DNA of 64,000 nucleotides, from the sequence record NC_054910.1. One strand, 5' to 3'. This document shows positions 57,694 to 64,000 of this stretch, in pieces. The notes under the pieces were generated by a model, which saw only the letters and a list, made by a program, of their open reading frames with translations, searched no databases and was not told the origin of the DNA. This DNA comes from Escherichia phage EcNP1. Position numbers and translations under genes: made by a program. Every line of letters starts with the position of its first letter. The first letter of the stretch is position 1.

Positions 57694-57771
57694 ATTAAAA
57701 AAGGCCCAACCAAAAAGGAAGGGCCAAAACTATAGACTAAAGGTCACACTATAGCAAAAGTTGTGTTTCAT

Positions 57772-57915
57772 TTAATTGTTCTTCCGAACTTTCTGAAACT
57801 GGTAGTTCTTTAATGTAATTATAGCAAGGCCCAGGATGTACAGGACCTTTGTCTGTTTCAACAACCAATGCAGAATCGATTGGAGTTTTACAGACAACAC
57901 AAATCTTATCTGACA
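57772..57915 (-). CDS. small hydrophobic ORF (47 aa)
   Basis: GGAGA SD 5 nt before ATG; hand-translated; below track cutoff. Confidence 0.3.
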   Translation of the reverse strand, partial: CQIRFVLSVKLQSILHWLLKQTKVLYILGLAIITLKNYQFQKVRKNN

Positions 57916-57944
57916 TGATTGTCTCCTCTAAATTATATATCTAT

Positions 57945-58169
57945 TTATATAACTCTCATATGCATATCAATGCCCATATCTTTAGAATAAAAATATTCAT
58001 CAAGATATCCGGCAAATTTTCCTTTAATATAAAGTACATCTTCACCGCATGGGTGGTCGGCCAGGATACGAATATCCTGACGCTTGAGATTATACTTTTT
58101 CATTAAGAATTGAATTTCCGTTTCGAATTCTTCTTCATAATTAAAAGCATCATCAATGCTATATTTCAT
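57945..58169 (-). CDS. hypothetical protein upstream of uvsY
   Basis: 74-aa ORF with start/stop overlap. Confidence 0.55.
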   Translation of the reverse strand: MKYSIDDAFNYEEEFETEIQFLMKKYNLKRQDIRILADHPCGEDVLYIKGKFAGYLDEYFYSKDMGIDMHMRVI

Positions 58170-58582
58170 TATTTTCCAGCCTCAAATGCTCGCATGTCTT
58201 GAATATGCTTAATAGCAAATCCACGTGATTTAATAGCATCAAGAGCTCCGCTACAGAAATCCAATAAAATTCCCCAATATTGTAATGAAGTATCAACTTT
58301 TAAAACATCCTTATCAGCTGATAGAACTGTCTTCATTTCTGATTTCTCATAACGATCCATACTAAATTCATCACCATCTCCTCGTCCCGAGTAGTAGTCT
58401 AATTTAGCTTTAAGAGCAACTTTTTTCTGCGCTTCAATTCTAAGCATTTCCTTTTTAATACTTGAATGCTTATTAAGCCATTTACTATATAACATCACAT
58501 TATTAGCTGCTTCATACTGTAATTTAGTCGAATCTATAAACACATCTTTCTTCAATTCTTCTTGAAGATCTTCTAATTTCAT
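58169..58582 (-). CDS. uvsY: recombination mediator UvsY
   Basis: 137 aa, matches T4 UvsY as recalled. Confidence 0.95.
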   Translation of the reverse strand: MKLEDLQEELKKDVFIDSTKLQYEAANNVMLYSKWLNKHSSIKKEMLRIEAQKKVALKAKLDYYSGRGDGDEFSMDRYEKSEMKTVLSADKDVLKVDTSLQYWGILLDFCSGALDAIKSRGFAIKHIQDMRAFEAGK

Positions 58583-58648
58583 ATTGTTCTCTATTCAATT
58601 GTTATTGGATGGACTTAGATTCATTATACCACGTTTATACGTGAAGCA

Positions 58649-59047
58649 TTATACTCTGTTACTGGAAGCCAGCTGTAGTTTTATCTGCTCAATATCATCA
58701 GGGTTATCGATAACCGAAAAGCGTATTTCTACTATCAGAGTGTAATCATCATAAACTGGTATTACATTAACTGCTAATTTATCAATACGTGGCTCGTAGT
58801 TTCTTACTGCGCTTTCGATGTTACGCTCAACTGTATCAGCAGTAAGAGGAGTCATATTCTCAAAAAGCTGATCAGATAAATCACATCCAAATTCCGGGTC
58901 AAATGGCCTCGACCCTTTTCTGGTTGTAATAATTCCCAAAAGGCTATTTTTAATTGACCTTAATCCAAGGGATCTAGAAACATCTTTGTCCCAATCCATT
59001 TTCATTTCTGGGTCAATGTCAGAATAAAGCTTATTAATATTTGCCAT
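58649..59047 (-). CDS. 25: baseplate wedge protein gp25
   Basis: 132 aa. Confidence 0.9.
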   Translation of the reverse strand: MANINKLYSDIDPEMKMDWDKDVSRSLGLRSIKNSLLGIITTRKGSRPFDPEFGCDLSDQLFENMTPLTADTVERNIESAVRNYEPRIDKLAVNVIPVYDDYTLIVEIRFSVIDNPDDIEQIKLQLASSNRV

Positions 59048-59673
59048 TACAATAGCTCAAAGAATTCTTTGAGTCCTCTTATTACATGAGCGTGAGATTT
59101 TCCACACTCTGGACACTTAATTGGAACAGCCAAATAAACAGTAGGCTTTAAAAGCATATCTTTTATAGCTACAATATCTGACTCTGTGATGATAGAATAT
59201 AAATCTTCCAACTCTTTTTCATTCAAGTCTTCAATTGGAATGCTTTCACCGTTAGCATGAATTGTTTCTATACATGATACTATCATGTGGGCTATATTTT
59301 TATCATCAAAAATTTTAGGGTAATGGAACTTAATTTTAATGTCACCCAGTGTATACCAGAGGTCTTCTGGTGCATCTATTTGTGTATGTAATAGATTTAT
59401 ATGGGTTGGTATTTCAGTTCCACAGATGCACTTCCAGGAGTTTTCGTGATTAACTTCTCCAAGAGAATGCGCCCATAAATGAATCAGCAGTAGTTCTGAT
59501 TCTTGGCGGTTTAAATCTTTTGCATTTGTACAGTCTTTGATTAGCTTTTTAACGATCTCTTCTACTGAACCGTTCTTTTTAGCAGTAATAAGTTCTAGAT
59601 ATTCTTTAAGAGTAAATGCGCGACAGTTGATTATTTTAGAACCAACTCTCACATCAAATTTGTATTCATACAT
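59047..59673 (-). CDS. 26: baseplate hub protein gp26
   Basis: 208 aa. Confidence 0.85.
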   Translation of the reverse strand: MYEYKFDVRVGSKIINCRAFTLKEYLELITAKKNGSVEEIVKKLIKDCTNAKDLNRQESELLLIHLWAHSLGEVNHENSWKCICGTEIPTHINLLHTQIDAPEDLWYTLGDIKIKFHYPKIFDDKNIAHMIVSCIETIHANGESIPIEDLNEKELEDLYSIITESDIVAIKDMLLKPTVYLAVPIKCPECGKSHAHVIRGLKEFFELL

Positions 59674-59694
59674 ATTTAGCTCCTTTATTTATCA

Positions 59695-59706
59695 TATTTA
59701 TAAATA
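59695..59706. promoter_or_regulatory. overlapping divergent late promoters (genes 26 and 51)
   Basis: TATTTATAAATA reads TATAAATA on both strands. Confidence 0.55.
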
Positions 59707-59723
59707 GAATAAAAGGAGCATCT

Positions 59724-60473
59724 ATGGCAAACATTATTCGTTGTAAATTACCAGATGGTGTTCATCGTTTTAAACCATTTACGGTAGAAGATTATCGAGA
59801 TTTTTTGTTAGTTCGAAACGATATAGAACATCGGTCACCACAAGAACAAAAAGAAATAATTGCTGATTTAATTGCTGATTATTTTGGAGACTATCCGAAG
59901 ACTTGGCAACCATTTATATTTTTGCAGGTATTTGTAGGGTCAATAGGTAAAACTAAAGTACCGGTCACATTTGTATGTCCAAAATGTAAAAAAGAAAAGA
60001 CAGTTCCATTTGAAATATATCAAAAAGAATTAAAGGAACCTGTTTTTGATGTAGCTAATGTTAAAATTAAATTAAAGTTTCCTTCTGAGTTTTATGAAAA
60101 TAAAGCAAAGATGATTACTGAAAATATTCATTCTGTTCAAGTAGATGAAACATGGTATAATTGGAAGGAAATTAGTGAATCGAGTCAAATAGAACTTGTT
60201 GATGCAATCGAGATAGAAACATTAGAAAAAATTCTCGATGCAATGAATCCTATTAATTTAACATTGCATATGTCCTGCTGTGATAAGTATGTAAAAAAAT
60301 ACACTGATATAGTAGATGTGTTTAAGCTATTAGTTAACCCAGATGAAATATTTACTTTTTATCAAATTAATCACACACTCGTAAAAAGTAATTATAGCTT
60401 AAATTCAATAATGAAAATGATTCCTGCCGAGCGCGGATTCGTATTAAAACTGATTGAGAAGGATAAACAATAA
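59724..60473 (+). CDS. 51: baseplate hub assembly protein gp51
   Basis: 249 aa. Confidence 0.85.
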   Translation: MANIIRCKLPDGVHRFKPFTVEDYRDFLLVRNDIEHRSPQEQKEIIADLIADYFGDYPKTWQPFIFLQVFVGSIGKTKVPVTFVCPKCKKEKTVPFEIYQKELKEPVFDVANVKIKLKFPSEFYENKAKMITENIHSVQVDETWYNWKEISESSQIELVDAIEIETLEKILDAMNPINLTLHMSCCDKYVKKYTDIVDVFKLLVNPDEIFTFYQINHTLVKSNYSLNSIMKMIPAERGFVLKLIEKDKQ

Positions 60474-61648
60474 TGAGTATGTTGCAACGCCCTGGATATC
60501 CAAATCTCAGCGTTAAATTATTTGAGAGCTATGACGCTTGGAGTAATAATAGATTTGTTGAATTAGCTGCTACTATTACCACATTAACTATGCGGGATTC
60601 TCTTTATGGCCGAAATGAAGGAATGCTGCAGTTTTATGATTCTAAAAATATCCATACAAAAATGGATGGAAATGAAATAATTCAGATTTCTGTAGCTAAT
60701 GCAAACGATATTAATAATGTTAAAACAAGAATTTATGGATGTAAGCATTTTTCCGTGTCAGTAGATTCAAAGGGTGATAACATCATTGCTATTGAATTGG
60801 GAACTATTCATTCTATAGAAAATCTTAAATTTGGCAGACCGTTTTTCCCTGATGCAGGTGAATCTATAAAGGAAATGCTTGGCGTCATTTATCAAGATCG
60901 CACATTATTAACTCCAGCAATAAATGCTATAAATGCTTATGTTCCTGATATTCCATGGACTAGTACATTTGAAAACTATTTGTCATATGTCAGAGAAGTT
61001 GCTCTAGCTGTAGGAAGTGACAAATTTGTATTTGTGTGGCAAGACATCATGGGAGTTAACATGATGGACTATGATATGATGATAAATCAAGAACCATATC
61101 CAATGATTGTCGGTGAGCCATCTTTAATAGGTCAATTCATCCAAGAATTAAAATATCCATTAGCATATGATTTCGTTTGGTTGACTAAATCGAATCCTCA
61201 CAAACGTGACCCAATGAAAAACGCTACTATCTATGCGCATTCATTTTTAGATTCTTCATTGCCAATGATTACTACAGGAAAGGGCGAAAACTCTATTGTA
61301 GTGTCAAGGTCAGGTGCTTATTCTGAAATGACTTATAGGAATGGATATGAAGAAGCTATTCGTCTTCAAACTATGGCGCAATACGATGGCTATGCTAAAT
61401 GTTCTACTGTCGGTAATTTTAACTTAACCCCTGGCGTTAAAATTATTTTTAATGATAGTAAAAACCAATTTAAAACAGAATTTTACGTTGATGAAGTCAT
61501 CCATGAATTATCCAATAATAATTCAGTAACTCATCTATATATGTTCACTAATGCAACAAAACTGGAAACAATAGACCCAGTTAAGGTTAAAAATGAATTT
61601 AAATCTGATACTACCACTGAAGAAAGTAGTTCTTCCAATAAGCAATAA
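60473..61648 (+). CDS. 27: baseplate hub protein gp27
   Basis: 391 aa. Confidence 0.9.
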   Translation: MSMLQRPGYPNLSVKLFESYDAWSNNRFVELAATITTLTMRDSLYGRNEGMLQFYDSKNIHTKMDGNEIIQISVANANDINNVKTRIYGCKHFSVSVDSKGDNIIAIELGTIHSIENLKFGRPFFPDAGESIKEMLGVIYQDRTLLTPAINAINAYVPDIPWTSTFENYLSYVREVALAVGSDKFVFVWQDIMGVNMMDYDMMINQEPYPMIVGEPSLIGQFIQELKYPLAYDFVWLTKSNPHKRDPMKNATIYAHSFLDSSLPMITTGKGENSIVVSRSGAYSEMTYRNGYEEAIRLQTMAQYDGYAKCSTVGNFNLTPGVKIIFNDSKNQFKTEFYVDEVIHELSNNNSVTHLYMFTNATKLETIDPVKVKNEFKSDTTTEESSSSNKQ

Positions 61649-62126
61649 AGAAGTTTCTATTCCTAAAATGGGTCTTAAACATTATAACATTTTAAAAGAT
61701 GTTAAAGGTCCTGATGAAAATTTAAAACTTCTTATTGATTCTATTTGTCCGAATTTATCACCGGCAGAAGTTGATTTCGTTTCTATTCATTTATTGGAAT
61801 TTAATGGAAAGATTAAATCTCGTAAAGAAATAGATGGTTATACTTATGACATTAATGATGTTTATGTATGCCAAAGATTGGAATTTCAATACCAAGGAAA
61901 TACATTTTATTTTAGACCTCCTGGAAAATTTGAACAATTTTTAACTGTGAGCGATATGTTATCCAAATGCTTGCTTAAGGTCAATGATGAAGTTAAAGAA
62001 ATTAATTTTCTTGAGATGCCAGCATTCGTTTTAAAATGGGCAAATGATATTTTTACAACTTTAGCAATTCCTGGCCCTAATGGTCCAATAACCGGAATTG
62101 GCAATATTATTGGATTATTTGAATGA
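61593..62126 (+). CDS. 28: baseplate hub distal protein gp28
   Basis: 177 aa. Confidence 0.85.
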   Translation: MNLNLILPLKKVVLPISNKEVSIPKMGLKHYNILKDVKGPDENLKLLIDSICPNLSPAEVDFVSIHLLEFNGKIKSRKEIDGYTYDINDVYVCQRLEFQYQGNTFYFRPPGKFEQFLTVSDMLSKCLLKVNDEVKEINFLEMPAFVLKWANDIFTTLAIPGPNGPITGIGNIIGLFE

Positions 62127-63895
62127 AAAAGCCACAAGAAATGCAAACGATGCGTAGAAAAGTTATTTCAGATAATAAACCAACACAGGAAGCGGCTAAA
62201 TCCGCTTCTAACACTTTATCTGGACTTAACGATATATCTACGAAATTGGATGATGCTCAAGCTGCTTCTGAATTAATTGCTCAAACTGTCGAAGAAAAAT
62301 CGAATGAAATAATTGGAGCAATTGACAATGTAGAAAGTGCAGTGAGTGATACTACTGCTGGTTCTGAGTTAATTGCTGAAACTGTTGAAATTGGCAACAA
62401 TATTAATAAAGAAATCGGTGAATCACTCGGGAGCAAATTAGATAAATTAACCAGTTTACTCGAGCAAAAAATCCAGACAGCCGGAATTCAACAAACAGGA
62501 ACTAGTTTAGCTACGGTTGAAAGCGCTATTCCTGTTAAAGTTGTTGAGGACGATACAGCTGAATCTGTGGGTCCTTTATTACCAGCTCCTGAAGCAGTTA
62601 ATAATGATCCTGATGCTGATTTTTTCCCTACCCCTCAGCCAGTTGAACCTAAACAAGAATCGCCAGAAGAAAAACAGAAAAAAGACGCATTTAACTTAAA
62701 ATTATCTCAAGCTTTAGATAAATTAACGAAGACTGTTGATTTTGGATTTAAGAAATCCATTTCAATTACTGATAAAATATCAAGCATGCTATTTAAGTAT
62801 ACCGTCAGTGCTGCTATTGAAGCTGCTAAAATGACTGCAATGATATTGGCTGTTGTTGTTGGAATAGACCTGTTGATGGTTCATTTCAAATATTGGTCAG
62901 ATAAATTTTCACAGGCTTGGGATTTGTTTAGCACTGATTTTAAAACTTTTTCAAGCGAAACCGGAACTTGGGGTCCTTTATTACAGAGCATCTTTGAATC
63001 TATTGATGAAATTAAAAAGTTCTGGGAAGCTGGAGACTGGGGTGGATTGACAGTAGCTATTGTGGAAGGACTTGGAAGTGTTCTTTATAATTTAGGAGAA
63101 CTTATTCAACTTGGAATGGCTAAATTATCAGCAGCAATTCTTCGAGTTATTCCTGGTATGAAAGATACTGCTGATGAAGTAGAAGGAAGAGCATTAGAAA
63201 ATTTCCAAAATTCTACTGGAGCATCTCTCAATAAAGAAGACCAAGAAAAAGTAGCAAATTATCAAGATAAACGAATGAATGACGATCTTGGTCCAATAGC
63301 AAAAGGATTAGATAAAATTGCTAATTGGAAAACCCGTGCATCTAACTGGATTCGTGGTGTTGATAATAAAGAAGCATTGACAACTGATGAAGAACGTGCA
63401 GCAGAAGAAGAAAAATTAAAGCAACTTTCACCTGAAGAAAGAAAAAATGCTTTAATGAAGGCTAATGAAGCGCGCGCCGCGATGATTCGCTTTGAAAAAT
63501 ATGCTGATTCAGCTGATATGAGTAAAGACTCAACAGTTAAATCAGTTGAAGCTGCCTATGAAGACCTCAAAAAACGGATGGATGACCCAGATTTAAATAA
63601 TTCACCGGCAGTTAAAAAAGAACTTGCTGCTAGATTTTCTAAAATTGATGCTACTTATCAAGAGCTCAAGAAAAATCAGCCTAACGCCAAGCCTGAAACT
63701 TCTGCTAAATCGCCAGAAGCAAAACAAGTCCAGGTTATTGAAAAGAACAAAGCACAGCAAGCTCCTATTCAACAAGCATCTCCTTCGATCAATAATACTA
63801 ATAATGTTATTAAGAAAAATACTGTCGTTCATAATATGACACCTGTTACGAGTACAACTGCTCCCGGTGTATTTGACGCGACAGGAGTTAATTAA
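62123..63895 (+). CDS. 29: tail tape-measure / baseplate hub protein gp29
   Basis: 590 aa. Confidence 0.9.
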   Translation: MKKPQEMQTMRRKVISDNKPTQEAAKSASNTLSGLNDISTKLDDAQAASELIAQTVEEKSNEIIGAIDNVESAVSDTTAGSELIAETVEIGNNINKEIGESLGSKLDKLTSLLEQKIQTAGIQQTGTSLATVESAIPVKVVEDDTAESVGPLLPAPEAVNNDPDADFFPTPQPVEPKQESPEEKQKKDAFNLKLSQALDKLTKTVDFGFKKSISITDKISSMLFKYTVSAAIEAAKMTAMILAVVVGIDLLMVHFKYWSDKFSQAWDLFSTDFKTFSSETGTWGPLLQSIFESIDEIKKFWEAGDWGGLTVAIVEGLGSVLYNLGELIQLGMAKLSAAILRVIPGMKDTADEVEGRALENFQNSTGASLNKEDQEKVANYQDKRMNDDLGPIAKGLDKIANWKTRASNWIRGVDNKEALTTDEERAAEEEKLKQLSPEERKNALMKANEARAAMIRFEKYADSADMSKDSTVKSVEAAYEDLKKRMDDPDLNNSPAVKKELAARFSKIDATYQELKKNQPNAKPETSAKSPEAKQVQVIEKNKAQQAPIQQASPSINNTNNVIKKNTVVHNMTPVTSTTAPGVFDATGVN

Positions 63896-63903
63896 GGAAT
63901 AAT

Positions 63904-64000
63904 ATGGCAATTGTTAAAGAAATAACTGCTGATTTAATTAAAAAGTCCGGTGAGAAAATTTCAGCCGGACAGAGTACTAAATCAGAAGTAGCAACTAAAA
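63904..64000 (+). CDS. 48: tail tube-associated baseplate protein gp48, partial (5' end only)
   Basis: MAIVKEITADLIKKSG... continues past window end. Confidence 0.7.
   Translation, partial: MAIVKEITADLIKKSGEKISAGQSTKSEVATK

Overview
This window is a contiguous segment of a T4-like myovirus genome (Tequatrovirus-type). It is close to T4 but not identical: endolysin e, gp23 and Hoc differ at scattered positions, and the tRNA set and internal-protein genes differ. All gene names below are assigned from recalled T4 protein sequences, lengths and gene order, not from a database search. Layout: 1-22500 is a minus-strand early/accessory region (partial membrane protein, rI.-1/rI/rI.1, tk, TARG1-like macrodomain, signal-peptide SLT transglycosylase, regB, GrcA-like glycyl-radical cofactor, P-loop NTPase, ipIII, ipII-like, denV, endolysin e, nudE, three tandem membrane paralogs, two further internal-protein-like genes, a small-RNA region, 10 contiguous tRNA genes, ipI, 57B, 57A, genes 1, 3, 2, 4). 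22548-52438 is the plus-strand late morphogenesis cluster (53, 5, 5.1, 5.4, 6-12, wac, 13-20, 67, 68, 21-24). This is followed by rnlB, hoc, inh (minus), uvsW (plus), uvsY, 25, 26 (minus), then 51, 27, 28, 29 and the start of 48 (plus). I found no CRISPR array, integrase or homing-endonuclease gene, and no sign of an intron or intein in the structural genes (sizes match T4). The most interesting content is in the accessory region: an expanded set of six genes carrying the capsid-targeting N-terminal motif of T4 internal proteins (one in a cassette flanked by identical duplicated terminators and with its N-terminus frame-disrupted), a TARG1-like macrodomain, tandem paralogous membrane proteins, and recurrent early promoters whose -10 box sits inside a locus-specific hairpin. 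I did not find a clearly self-contained multi-gene system that I can call novel with confidence.
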